Part shown: piece after piece, positions 38,519 through 52,584 of the stretch
How the letters are laid out: each line of letters starts with the position of its first letter
Position numbering within the stretch: position 1 is the first letter of the stretch
Program-made: the position numbers and the translations under genes
Notes under the pieces: generated by a model
Databases searched by the model: none
Told to the model about the DNA's origin: nothing
What the model saw: the letters and a program-made list of their open reading frames with translations, nothing else
From: Eledone cirrhosa
Taxonomy: Eukaryota
Direction: 5' to 3'
Length of the DNA: 64,000 nucleotides
Assembly (NCBI GenBank): GCA_964016885.1
Contig: OZ024741.1
Location: forward strand, 372,868,001 to 372,932,000

Positions 38519-41500
38519 ATCGTATTCAAAATTGGCTTTCTATAATTCTGTTCTTTCTCACCGTTGTTCTAAAATTAATTCTGCTCCTCGCATCTATATA
38601 TCTTACAATCCCCCAGAATCAAAAAAATCATGTTCATAATTGTTTGTCTTTCTACAATTCTAAATAATATTCCTGCAACCATTTTGGCCGAAAAAAGAAA
38701 TTATGCCAGGTTAAATTAGGGATTGCCCTCTCTCTCTCTTGGCCTGCTGAAATCGCCTCTCACCCCCTCACTCTCTCTATCATATACGCTGGTCTCACAC
38801 TCCCCCTCACTCCTTGCCAACCAAATATAAATAAGCCATGCTACAGGGGACTAAACCCAGAATTTGTCTCCTATTATTGATGGTCGCTTGTTCAGTTTTC
38901 TTCTACGAAATGTAACGTACATATCCATTTCTTCTCAACTCTCCACATTCGGTTCATTCATCTATATATCTTACAATCCCCCAGAATCAAAAAAAAATCG
39001 TATTCAAAATTGGCTTTCTATAATTCTGTTCTTTCTCACCGTTGTTCTAAAAATAATTCTGCTCTTCGCAAACTACCCCATACCCCTCCCTCCCGCCCCC
39101 ACTCTCCACCTTATTATTTGGACCAATCACAAGTAAACGACCTATGCTAGCTCTTCTGGTTGCTTTTTCGATATGATGGATGAACTAGGGAATTTCTGGA
39201 GAGTCAGAAGAATCTGGACACCCGAAGACAATGCAAAAGATAACGACAAATTCACCTCATGCTGCCGGGCGAAAGGGCAAAGCCCCACCCTCTTTGTTGC
39301 GGCCGCGGATGGCCAACATAACCCCAACCCCATCAACCACACCCCTCCCTGCACCCCACCCACCAAACGCAATCCAAAACTTCAGAGTTGGTACCATGAA
39401 TGTAGGGACCTTAAAAGGCCGCTCAAACGAGGTTGTAGAAATGCTTGAACGTAAGGAGGTTGATGTCTGCTGCATCCAAGAGACCAGGTGGAGGGGCGGG
39501 TCTGCTAGATTCATTGTGGGTAAAAAACGATGCTATAAGCTTTTCTGGGTGGGAAATGACAATGGGCTGGGTGGGGTAGGAATCATGTTAGCAGAAAAGT
39601 GGGCAGATAAGATAATAGACGTAAATAGAGTGAACGACAGAATAATTAAAATAAGACTTGTCCTCAATAAAACTACGGTGACAGTAATATCTGCGTACGC
39701 ACCCCAATCCGGACTGCCCGGCGCTATAAAAGACAGATTCTACGAGACACTGATGCTCGCTACCTCCCAAATAACCGACAGTGACTATATAGTTATTGCA
39801 GGCGACCTAAATGGTCACGTTGGACAACATTGTGACGGCTATGACGGAATCCATGGAGGCTACGGGTTCGGTACTAGAAATGAGGAAGGCTCCAGAATCC
39901 TGGAATTCTGCGACGCAAATAACTTAACTATCTGTAACACTAACTTCAAAAAACGAGACAATCACTTGATCACCTATAGATCGGGGGAACACACAAGCCA
40001 GGTAGATTATATCCTTACCAGAAGACGTGACAGAGTGTCTGTTGTTAACACTAAATCCCTCCCCCATGAAGAATTCACCTCCCAACATAGACTGATAATT
40101 AGCGACCTCATAGTCAGGACGAGACGTACTAGACAGCGGAAGAAGACTATCCTCAGGAGAAAAATATGGAAGCTAAAGGACCCCATAGCCAGAAATAAAT
40201 TTCAAAGCATATTACTTGACGCTTTCGACAGTAAGGAAGAGCAATTAGTGTCGTATAATATAGAGGAACAGTGGGAATTCCTGAGAGCAAACCTGCTGAC
40301 GGCGGCAGACGAAGTCTGTGGCTGGAGCAGGCCTGTAGGTAGGAGGAGAGTAACATGGTGGTGGAACAGTAAGGTGGAGGAGTCAATTAAGGCCAAAAAG
40401 CAGGCTTGGAAAGTATGGCGGGATGGGGGAAGTAGAGAAGACTATCAAGTGGCCAGGAGGGAAGCTAGGAGACAAGTGTACTTCGCAAGAAGGGAAACAG
40501 AGGAAAGAAAGTTCAAGCATGTTCTATAACGTGAGGACCAAAAACGAGAGGTGTTCAGGATTGCCAGGCAATGTGTCAAGGAAAACCGTGATATTGTCGG
40601 GGAGAAGTGTGTACTTAACGATGATGGCATACTTGCCATCACCGACGCTGATAAGAAGGTAGCTTGGAAGTGTCACTACGAAAGGCTTCTAAATGAGGAG
40701 AACAAATGGGAGAAAGACAGTCTCCCCCACATCGACCCAATAGAGGGACCAGCAGTGTTAGTCCAGGGTAGTACAATAAGCAAGGCAATCAAAGATATGA
40801 AGACAGGTAAGGCGGCTGGTCCTTCGGAAATAGTTGCTGAGATGCTGAAGGCATCTGGTTCGGTGGGACACACCATGGTCACCCGGATAGTTAACCAAGT
40901 CGTACAGAATGGGGTTGTTCCGAAGGACTGGCATAGCAGCATCATCGTTAACTGCTACAAGGGAAAAGGAGATGCCCTAGATAGGAGTAACTATAGAGGC
41001 ATTAAATTAATCGACCAGGTCATGAAGGTCACGGAAAAAGTAATAGCGCAACTAATCAGAGAGAGAATTGATCTAGATGAAATGCAGTTCGGATTTGTGT
41101 CAGGCAAAAGTACCACAGACGCTCTTTTCATTGTACGACAACTACAGGAGAAGTACCTAGCTAAAAGTAAACCCCTATACTTAGCTTTCGTCGACTTGGA
41201 GAAAGCCTTCGACAGAGTCCCCCGTTCCATTATCTGGTGGTCTCTTAGAAAACTAGGTGTTGACGAATGGCTTGTGAGAGCTATACAAGCCATGTATAAA
41301 GAAACAGTCAGTAAGGTTAGAATTAACAACGAATATAGTGAAGAGTTTAGCGTAAAAGTTGGTGTCCATCAGGGCTCTGTTCTTAGCCCCCTACTATTTA
41401 TTATTGCCCTTCAGGCTATAACAGAGGAGTTCAAGACTGGCTGCCCATGGGAACTCCTATACGCAGATGATCTAACGCTCATAGCTGAATCAATGACCGA

Positions 41501-42913
41501 ACTAGAGAAGAAGTTCCAAACATGGAAGCACGGCCTAGAATCAAAAGGCCTTAAAATTAACCTGGCTAAGACTAAAGTTCTAGTTTGTAGGAAAAGCAAA
41601 TAAGGCGGCGGTCCCATCTGGGAAATGGCCATGCTCAGTGTGTAGGAAAGGCGTAGGTAGAAACTCCATTTTATGTCCCAAATGCAAAGTATGGGTGCAT
41701 AAAAGATGTAGTGGGATCACAGGTAAGCTAACTAAGAACATAGATTTTACATGTGGCCGGTGCTCTGGTGCAATAAGTAGCAGCAAGTGCCCACAAAATA
41801 CTAGCTCCTTCAACTGCGCAGAGGGTTCTATAGATATAGTGGACAGCTTCCGTTACCTGGGTGACAAAATCAGCAGTGGGCGAGGGTGCTCTGAAAGTAC
41901 AGTAGCTAGAGTCAGAACTGGATGGAAAAAGTTCAGAGAGCTTATACCACTATTAGCCGCTAGAGGGTTCTCCCTAAAAATGAAAGGCAGGTTATACGAT
42001 GCCTGCATACGAACAGCAATGCTGCATGGCAGTGAGACCTGGGCATTGTGTGCAGAGGATATACGCAGACTAGAGAGGAACGAAGCTTGCATGCTCCGCT
42101 TGATGTGCAATAGTAATATACGTGAACGGCAAAGCATAAACGAACTAAGGAAAAAATTAGAAATAAGAGGGATCAGATGTTGTTTACTCGAGAGAAGGCT
42201 ACGTTGGTACGGTCACGTGATGCGCATGAAAGACGACAGCTGTATAACAAAGTGCAGGGCAATAAAGATAGACGGTAGCCACGGAGTAGGCAGACCCAGA
42301 AAAACTTGGGACGAGCTGATAAATTCCGACCTCACACGCTTACACCTCTCCAAGACAATGTCACTGGACCGAGACCTTTGGCGGTACTCAGTAATAGAGA
42401 AGACCCGCCTTACCTAAATACAAAGTAAAAACCTTCTACAGTCAGTAGGCATCTCTATCAAAACACACCCCCGTCCCACCACCTCCACCCCATCCACACC
42501 GCCCCTTCAATGTAAAGTTATGTTGGTCCCACAACATCCAGGCCGGAACAAATGAGATCGTGTAGGTGTCACGACAAAAAAACACACAGTCCACGCTGTA
42601 AATGTGGCCGTGTAGGCAACACGGTAAAAACCTCCCAGCCCCACACTGTAAATGTGGTTGGTGTTAGGAAGGGCATCCAGCTGTAGAAAACCCGCCAGAC
42701 AGTCCATGCTGTAATGTGGCCGTGTAGGCAACACGGTAAAAATCTCCCAGCCCCACACTGTAAATGTGGTTGGTGTTAGGAAGGGCATCCAACTGTAGAA
42801 AACCCGCCAGACAGTCCTATGCGAGCAAGACAACCACTCTTGCCTCAAGTGGGAAAACCCCCGTCCAAACCCATGCAAGCGTGGAACACGGACGCTAAAC
42901 CTGATGATGATGA

Positions 42914-42917
<4 letters not shown>
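38519..42917 (+). mobile_element. Near-full-length RTE LINE family A (APE endonuclease, RT, PHD finger)
   Basis: ORF 39231-42417 has APE motifs (GTMNVGTL, CCIQET, SAYAPQ, GDLNGHVG, QVDYIL, SQHRL) and RT motifs. It is broken by one TAA (40527, CAA in other copies) and one frameshift near 41595. The 5' boundary is uncertain. Confidence 0.93.
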
Positions 42918-42954
<37 letters not shown>

Positions 42955-42987
42955 TATATTATTGGCAACATGACCCTCCCAAAGTAT

Positions 42988-43032
<45 letters not shown>

Positions 43033-43047
43033 ATATTATATATATAT

Positions 43048-43301
43048 ATCATCATCATCATTTCATTTTACGTCCGCTTTCCCTGCTTGCAAGGGTGAGA
43101 TGGGAACTGATTCTGGCTTGATTTCTACAGCTGGATGCCCTTCCTAACACCATCCTCATTTACAGTGAGTGCTGGGTGCTTTTCTGCTGTGGCACCTCCA
43201 CGACCACTTTGCAGTGGAATGATATGGACCCCAGTCCCTATCATCTCATTTCTACAGCTGAGTAAACAGGAGCAATGTGAAATAAAGTGTCTTGCTCAAG
43301 G

Positions 43302-43304
<3 letters not shown>
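43048..43304 (-). mobile_element. SINE family 2, 5'-truncated
   Basis: Same sequence family and same truncation point as 36234-36499. Confidence 0.85.
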
Positions 43305-43380
<76 letters not shown>

Positions 43381-43398
43381 ATATATATATTTATATAT

Positions 43399-43471
<73 letters not shown>

Positions 43472-43480
43472 TTATATATT

Positions 43481-43514
<34 letters not shown>

Positions 43515-43558
43515 ATATATATATATATATATACATAATATATATATATATATATATA

Positions 43559-43635
43559 CAGGGTGTCCCCAAAAATGTATACGCACATCAAGGGCTTTCT
43601 CATAAACGTGTGTATATATTTTTTGGGACGCCCTG
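43559..43635. mobile_element. Tc1/mariner-type MITE (related copy at 46837-46914)
   Basis: Imperfect TIRs CAGGGTGTCCCCAAAAATGTATAC / GTATATATTTTTTGGGACGCCCTG, flanked by TA. Confidence 0.7.
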
Positions 43636-43675
43636 TATATACATACACACACATATATATATATATTTACACATA

Positions 43676-44288
43676 TATTGTTTCCTCCGCTGCCACCAGT
43701 CTGTTTCGTTCTTTGTGTCTTTACCCTTTCTAGCAGCCTCTCTCTCTGTTAGCCTCTTCCTCACCTTTCACTCACTCACTCTCTGTCACTACCTCTCCTC
43801 CTCCCCTTTCTTCCCGTTTGACCTGTCCGTAATCCTTTTCTCGCGGGCACTTGGCCAAGCCAGTTAGAATTTTTTTTCTCTCTCTCTCGTCTGCGACTTC
43901 ACAGAACTTATGTTTACCGAATTCGCAGACCAGACCCCTTCTTCCTCCCGTTAGACCTGTGCGAAATTCCTTCCTTGCTCACATTTCAACCAGGTTTGAT
44001 GGTCTTTATTCTCTCATTCACGATTTCACCGAATTTATATTCATAGAAATCTGGGACTTGTTTCTTCTTCATCACTTTCTGCTGCTTAAACCATTTTGTT
44101 TGTTTACCCTAGCGTCCCCTTTATTTACGTGTCCCAACGACTTTTTTTTAGCCGTTGCTCGCACCAACCTGAGGTATATGGCCTTTAATGCGACGAAATG
44201 CCTACGACGGTTGGATGGCCACTGATGAGGACAAACTTTTTCATATGTAACCCATTTGCAGCGCCGCAGCTCCATTATTATCATATTT

Positions 44289-44334
<46 letters not shown>

Positions 44335-44880
44335 GGAGGCTTAGTAAAATCGAATCTTTGGCTGTGGGCAAACAAATTCGACTTACAATATGAATGAGTT
44401 AGCAATTCCCCATTCTCTCTGTTTCTCTCACCTTCTTTCGCCCCATTTGTTATTAACACTTTCTCTCGCCTGACTGCTTCCTCACACTTCCACTCACTCA
44501 CTCTCTGTTTCTCCCCTTCTCACTTCCTCCCGTTTGGATCACAGTGGGTCTCTTCTTGCTTACATCCCACTCACGCTGGACGTGTCTGTACCTTTCGCTC
44601 ATGAAATCCACCCAGCTTATGCTGACCAGGACTACCATGTTGCTTGTTTATTTTCCTATCTTTGGTTTGTTTTTATCCTTCTATGTTGTTCACTTGTCCC
44701 CCTCGCTTTACGCGATTACTGGTCCCAATAACTTTCTTTAGATTATTGCCCGCACCAACCTGAGGTATCTGATTTTTAATGCGATGAAATAACAATGATG
44801 GTTGGAAAATCACTGACGAAGGACTATTTTTATCATATGTAACCCATGTGCAACCACGCAGTATTCTTCTTTCTTCTCAT

Positions 44881-44885
<5 letters not shown>
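43676..44885 (+). repeat. Two diverged tandem copies (~43676-44292 and ~44332-44885) of an unclassified ~600-bp element, separated by (TA)n
   Basis: Shared blocks CTTCCTCAC..CACTCACTCACTCTCTGT, CCCGTTTG, CGCACCAACCTGAGGTAT, AATGCGAYGAAAT, CACTGAYGA, TCATATGTAACCCAT. Confidence 0.7.
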
Positions 44886-44928
<43 letters not shown>

Positions 44929-45067
44929 GGGCAGAGATGGTGAGAAGGGAGACAGCCTAACTCCTAGCATACAGAGAAACAGATGAGGAGGCAGGAAAAA
45001 CAAAAATAGAGAAAAAAAAGTGAGGAAGGAAATTGGAGAGGAGGAAGGCGAGTCAATGAGAGGGAGA

Positions 45068-46080
45068 GTGTGTATGTGTATGCATGAGTGTATGTCTGTG
45101 TGTGCATGTGAGTGTGTATGCGTGAGTGTATGTCTGTGTGTGCATGTGAGTGTGTATGCGTGAGTGTATGTCTGTGTGTGCATGTGAGTGTGTATGTGTT
45201 TGTGTGTGTGTGCATGTTAGTGTGTATGTGTATGCATGAGTGTATGTCTGTGTGTGCATGTGAGTGTGTATGTGTTTGTGTATGCGTGAGTGTATGTGTG
45301 TGCATGTTAGTGTGTATGTGTATGCGTGAGTGTATGTCTGTGTGTGCATGTGAGTGTGTATGTGTTTGTGTATGCGTGAGTGTGTTTGTGTATGCGTGAG
45401 TGTATGTCTGTGTGCATGTTAGTGTGTATGTGTATGCGTGAGTATATGTCTGTGTGTGTGCATGTGAGTGTGTGAGTAGGTATGTCTCTCTGTGTGTGAG
45501 TGTTTGTCTCTCGGTGTATGTATGTGTATATGTGTGAGTGAATGTTTGTCTCTCAGTGTATGTTGTATGTGTGTGTATGTGTGAGTGTATGTCCGTGTGT
45601 GTGTGTGTGTGAGTGTTTGTCTCTCAGTGTATGTTGTATGTGTGTATGTGTATGTGTGAGTGTATGTCCGTGTGTGTGTGTGAGTGAGTGTGTCTCTCAG
45701 TGTATGTTGTGTGTGTGTGTGTGTATGTGTGAGTATGTGTGTTTGTCTCAGTGTATGTATGTGTAGTATATGTGTGAGTGTATGTCCGTGTATGTGTATG
45801 TATGTATGTCTGTGTGTGTATGTGCATATGTCCGTGTGTGTGTGTTTGTGTGTATGTGTGTTTGTCTCTCAGTGTATGTTGTATGTGTGTGTATGTGTAG
45901 TATATGTGTGAGTGTATGTCCGTATGTCTGTGTGTGTATGTGTATATGCCCGTGTGTGTGTGTGTGTGTGTATGTGTGTTTGTCTCTCAGTGTATGTTGT
46001 ATGTGTGTGTATGTGTAGTATATGTGTGAGTGTATGTCCGTATGTCTGTGTGTGTATGTGTATATGTCCGTGTGTGTGAG
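45068..46080. repeat. TG-rich compound minisatellite
   Basis: Directly visible. Confidence 0.9.
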
Positions 46081-46218
46081 TATACGTAGCAAGAGGACAG
46101 AGAAATGATGTGAAATCTTCAAGCTGAACATCAAAGATAATCATTGTCGGCTTGGATAGTTTTCTTTGATAGCAGTTCAGCTATAATCACTGACACTCAC
46201 TACATTATATAGCCTTTG

Positions 46219-46258
<40 letters not shown>

Positions 46259-46259
46259 T

Positions 46260-46345
<86 letters not shown>

Positions 46346-46381
46346 GAATATATATATATATACGAATATATATATATATGA

Positions 46382-46475
<94 letters not shown>

Positions 46476-46530
46476 TTATATATTCATATATATATATGAA
46501 TATATAATGATATATATATATCATTATATA

Positions 46531-46574
<44 letters not shown>

Positions 46575-46585
46575 TATATAATGAT

Positions 46586-46618
<33 letters not shown>

Positions 46619-47005
46619 AATATATATATATGAAGATATATATATATGAATATATATGTGAATATATATATATATATATATATATATGAATATATATATG
46701 AATATATATATATATATATGAATATATATATATATATATGAATATATATATATATATATATATTTAACCCATGCTAGCGTGGACGAACGGACGTTAAACG
46801 GTGATGATGATGATGATATATATATATATATATATACAAGGTGTCTCGAAAAATATATATTCACTTCAACACCATTCTAATCACAATATGTATACATTTT
46901 TTGGGGACACCCCGTGTATATATAAATATATATATAGTTTCACTATCCATCCATGCTAAGGTTTCCATCTATATTATTAAGAAATTCTTCTTCTTATTAT
47001 TATTA

Positions 47006-47045
<40 letters not shown>

Positions 47046-47390
47046 TGTGTTTGTCCTGTGCTGTCATGTTTTCCTTGACGTTAACCCTTGTGGCGAATAA
47101 AGAAATCATCATCATTATTAACCTTTCATCCTTACGAGGTCAATAAAATAAAGTACCAGTAATACACTGGGGTAATTGCTGGCTTTGTGCCAAAAGTAAA
47201 AACAATTATTATTATTATTTTTGTTGTTACTACTACTACTACTATTACTACTACTACTACTGTTAACCGCTGAGGTTAACTTTGCCTTTCATCCTTACGG
47301 GGTCGATAAAATAAAGTACCAGTAATACACTGGGGTAATTGCTGGCCTTGTGCCAAAAGTAGAAACAATTATTATTATTGTTGTTACTAG

Positions 47391-47439
<49 letters not shown>

Positions 47440-47769
47440 GTTGCTGTTTCTATTTCTGTGCCTGCTGCCGTTGCTTCTGCTGCAGCGACTGCTGCTGTCA
47501 TAATTTCTTCGCTGCACTGGCACCAAGAGGCTAACAAAATAAATACCTTAGAATTGGAAGCAACGTAACAAATCGAAGATAGAAAGAAATGCCAACACGA
47601 TATCGCGCAGAGACAATTTGTAATCAACAGCATACGGATTTGGGGAGTATTTTTAAATTTCAAAAACATGCTTCTCCATTGAGAACAGTTCAATTGTTTT
47701 ACTAGCTTTTACAGTTAATATCATCATTGTCATCATCATCATTATCAATATCACTATCAATAGCAACAT

Positions 47770-48260
47770 AACCACCACCACCACCACCACCACCACCACC
47801 ACCACCATCAATGCCATCATCATCATCATCACTACTTCTACCACCATCAATGCAAACAATAAAACCACCACCAAAACTATCACCACTACCACCGCCATCA
47901 TCATCCTCACCACCACCACCACTAGTAGTATCATCATCACCATCATCATCACCACAAACCATATCACACACCACCAACATCATCATCATCACCACAACCA
48001 CAACCATCACTACCATCACCATCATCCTCACCACCACCACCACTACCACCACCACTAGTATCATCATCACCATCATCATCACCACCACAACCACAACACC
48101 TACCACCAACATCATCATCACCACAACCACCATAACCACAACCACCACCACCACCACCACCAACATCATCATCACCATCACCATAATCACCACAACCACC
48201 ATCACCACAACCACCACCACCACCACCACCACCATCATCATCACCATCACCATCACCATT
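47770..48260. repeat. (CAC/CAT)n trinucleotide low-complexity tract
   Basis: Directly visible. Confidence 0.9.
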
Positions 48261-48439
48261 AAATGGCTGTTTTCTCTGCTAGCAAGGGTCAGCTATCTCA
48301 AGTATTTGATGCTAACGATATGTAAGATAATTAAAATAAAAGAGACAATAACTGCAATAATGACTATTATCACCTCCATCACCACCACAACAATAATAAT
48401 AATCATTACTAATAATGACGACGACAATGATGATGATGA

Positions 48440-48950
48440 TGATAATGGTTTCTTATATAGGCACAAGGCCAGTAATTTGGGGGGAGGAGAAAGTCGATTA
48501 AATTGACCTCAGTGCATAACTGGTACTTTATTTTATTGACCCCGTAAGGATGAAAGGCAAAGTTAACCTCGGCAGGATTTGAACTCAGAACATAAAGGGC
48601 CGTAACTCTATGTCGCGAAGCAAGGTGTCCGACGCTCTACCGATTCTGCCAATCCACTGCCCTCCAGTGGGCTAATAATAATTTCTTTATTGGCCACTAA
48701 TAATTGTTTCTACATTTGGCACAAGGCCAGCAATTACCCAGTGTATTACTGGTACTTTATTTTATAGATCCCGTAAGGATGAAAGACAAAGTTAACCTCG
48801 GCGGGATTTAAACTCAGAATAATGATTTCTACTATAGGCACAAGGCCAGTAATTTGAAGGGGAGGGGAAGTCGATTAAATCAACCAGTGCATTACTGGTA
48901 CTTTATTTTATCGACCCCTTATGGATGAAAGGCAAAGCTAGCCTCAGCCT
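48440..48950 (-). mobile_element. Cluster of SINE family 1 copies (others at 47110-47375, 51722-52097, 52698-52890)
   Basis: Family 1 central domain and tail motifs. Confidence 0.85.
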
Positions 48951-49239
48951 TTAATAATAATGATAATAATGATTTTTTAAATTTATTTATAATTTATTTA
49001 TTTAATAATAATAATAATATAATGATGGTGATAATGATGATAATGGTGATGATGATGATGGTGATGATGGTGATGATGATGGTGGCAACCACTGTAGCTT
49101 CAGGAGAAATACTAGTATTGACTAAATTGTTTTAATAATAAGAAGTTATTCTAGGTGTTTCTAGAAGATATAGTGGAAGATAAAGATGTCTCCAGAATGA
49201 CTTTCACGATGATCAGTCAATATAGAGCTAAAATATTTC

Positions 49240-49673
49240 TTACACACACATACACACATACATACTCACACACTCACACACACACCCACACATACACACA
49301 TACTCACACAAATAGACACTCATACACAGACACACACACACGCATACACACATACATACACACACACTCATACACACACAACCACACACATACATACTCA
49401 CACAAATAGAGACACTCATATACACACATACATACTCACACAAATAGGCACTCATACACAGACAGACACACACACACACACACATACACACATACTCACA
49501 AAAATAGACACTCATACACAGACACATACACACACACGCATACACACATACATACACACACACATACACACACGCACATACACACATACATACTCACACA
49601 AATAGACACTCATACACACACACACACACACGCATACACACATACATACTCACAAATAGACACTCATACACAG

Positions 49674-49704
<31 letters not shown>

Positions 49705-50105
49705 TACACACATACATACTCACACAAATAGACACTCATACACAGACACACACACATACACACACACGCATTCACACATACATACTCACACAAATAGACA
49801 CTCATACACAGACACACACACATTCACACACACACACATACACATACTCACGGAAATAGACATTCATACACACACACACATTCACACTCACACACATACA
49901 CACACATACATACTCACACAAATAAATACTCATACACATACACTCACTCACACACATACACACACACTCACACAAATAGACACTCATACACAGACACACA
50001 CACACTCACACACACACACTCACACACACACATACACACACAAATAGACACTCATACACAGACACAGACATTCACACACACACTCACGCACACACATACA
50101 CACAC
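49240..50105. repeat. CA-rich minisatellite with recurring CAAATAGACACTCATACAC
   Basis: Directly visible. Confidence 0.9.
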
Positions 50106-50410
50106 AGCTGAGCTTTGACATCATTACATGTTTATAAAACAACATAATATTCACAGTTATATCCTAATTACTACTAATCAGATCATTAATTAGTGGTGTT
50201 CATTACTATAATCAAATGTATTCCTGTCACTGTTTCGTCATAAATTAACCTGATTATATAAAATTTTAGATAGAGCTAGCAGATTTTAAAAATATCTTCT
50301 ACAAGTTTCTAGAAGATTTTATCAAAACTGTAGAATAAATACATTTTCAGTCCTTCACTTAAAAATAGGAAAAAGTTTGAGACAAGTATTTGATATTATT
50401 TCTTTTGATA

Positions 50411-50636
50411 TTAACCCTTTAGCATTTACAATACTCTATATTTACTATTTTATTTTCATGGTAAAGGCTTTATCTCACATAATTCTCTCACATAATATCA
50501 AAGCTATGATATTTTGATATTTATTTTGAGAACAATACCTTAATGTTGGTATGAGTGCCAGTTATGGCCAGTTTGAACAGAAAGAGGTGAGAGAATTCTG
50601 ACTGGTTACAGCTGGTTTAAATATTAAAGGGTTAAA
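50411..50636. mobile_element. piggyBac-type MITE
   Basis: TTAA-CCCTTTA...TAAAGGG-TTAA termini. Confidence 0.75.
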
Positions 50637-52584
50637 CTTCCTGAAACTACCACTGATTCAAAAATACAAAAATGTTTGTTTTATGTGTATATTTATCTAA
50701 TAAAATGGTGGCGAATTGGCTAAGTTGTTAGAACATCGGATAAAATGCTTTGCAGAATTCGTTCCTGCTCTCTGCTCTCTGAATTCAAAGCCCATTGAGG
50801 TCATCCATTTGATTTGAGGTCAATAAAAAAGTACCTGTCCAGTACTAGGGTTCATTCTTCCTCTATATCTCTTTCTCACTTCCATTCTCTCACTCTCTCT
50901 ATCTTTCTCTGGAGAGGAGACGGGCTCTGCCAGGTTTTAACAAATGCCCTAAAGACGCTGTATGTCAATATAACACCCTTACGACTCTCTTGGGAGTTAA
51001 GGGACTATACATGCCTGCATATTTATCTAAATACATTCAATCATAATTTTATGTAAGAACCTTTGTATTCCAAATTCCAGCTTAATGACTAAGTAAATTA
51101 TACTATTAAATCTCTTCAAATTCTAGATTATTTTCAAAATTATTTGAAAATCATAAACATTGTTTAACAAATATAGTAAGTAAAATGTTAAAAAATAAAG
51201 ATTTTCTAACTGAATACACTTCTTAGAAGTGAATGATTTCTTTGCATGTAGATACGCTTAGATAATAGAACTAATAGTGGGGCTCAGCCTCACACACAAT
51301 ACAATAGTTTTAACATAACATATATGGCTCTGATTTCAACACTTGAATCATTAAGTCACTAAAGTATTTTATAAGGAACTGAACTTGAGGCACAGACACA
51401 GTTGTGGGGTTAAGGAATTCACTTTTCAGCCATATGGTTTAGTCCTGCTGTGTGGAACCTTGGGCAAGTTTCTATTCCATCCTCAGGCTGACCAGTGCCT
51501 TGTGAGTGACATTTTGTAGACAGAAACTACAGAGGCTCATCATCATCATCATCGTTTAATGTCCATCTTCCATGTTAGCATGGGTTAGACGGTTTTGTTC
51601 CATTTGATGGAAATGGTTGGGAGACCGTGTCTTGCTCATATGGAAGTGTCTCTGGCAGGTTTTTTACAGCTGGATGCTCTTCCTAACACCAAACGGCATA
51701 TATTTATCCTGAGTATTATAATAATAATTGTTTCTACTTTTGGTACAAGGTCAGCAATTACCCAGTACATTACTGGTACTTTATTTTATTGACCCGTAAG
51801 GATGAAAGGCAAAGTTAACCTCAGTGGAATTTGAATTCAGACCGAAAAGGGATATAACTATGCTGGAAAGCATGGCGTCAGACCCTCTACAGATACTGCC
51901 ATGATAATAATTGTTTCTACTTTTGGCACAAGGCCAGTAATTATCTCAGTGTATTACTGGTGCTTTATTTTATCGACCCCATAAGGATGAAAGGCTAAGT
52001 TAACCTCGGTGGGATTTGAACTCAGACTGTAAAGGGGCGTAACTATGCTGCAATGCATGGTGTCCAACCCTCTACCAATTCTGCCAATCCACCACCCAAT
52101 AATAAATGAAAGATAGTTACCTTAGATCATAGCATTATAACCAAATCAGTTATATAAAAATAGCCACACCAATTGTTAAATATTTTTCCACTCATATAAT
52201 ACCAATTTAGATTATATATAAACATAGATAATTTACCTGTGAATTTTGTAATCCTAATTTTTCTTCTTTATAGTTACAATATTACTTTAGCATCCTAGAA
52301 TATTTTTTCTTTGGTATAATATATATTTTGGTATATTATCTATTTTAAACTAATATAAGTAACATATAAACTGACTAATGGTCTATATTTATTTATTTTT
52401 TTTACCAATCTAATTACGTCATATTTTAAATAATTTCAAAAATGTTAAGTCCAACTGTATTTTTCTCCCACTTATGTAACATCTTCTGTGTTGGTTTTTT
52501 TTTCTAATCATATGCTTGGTTGTCACTGATCTGTCCAGCTCGTTTGATCGCCAGTATATCAAAAGAATCCTGCATCCCCTATGG

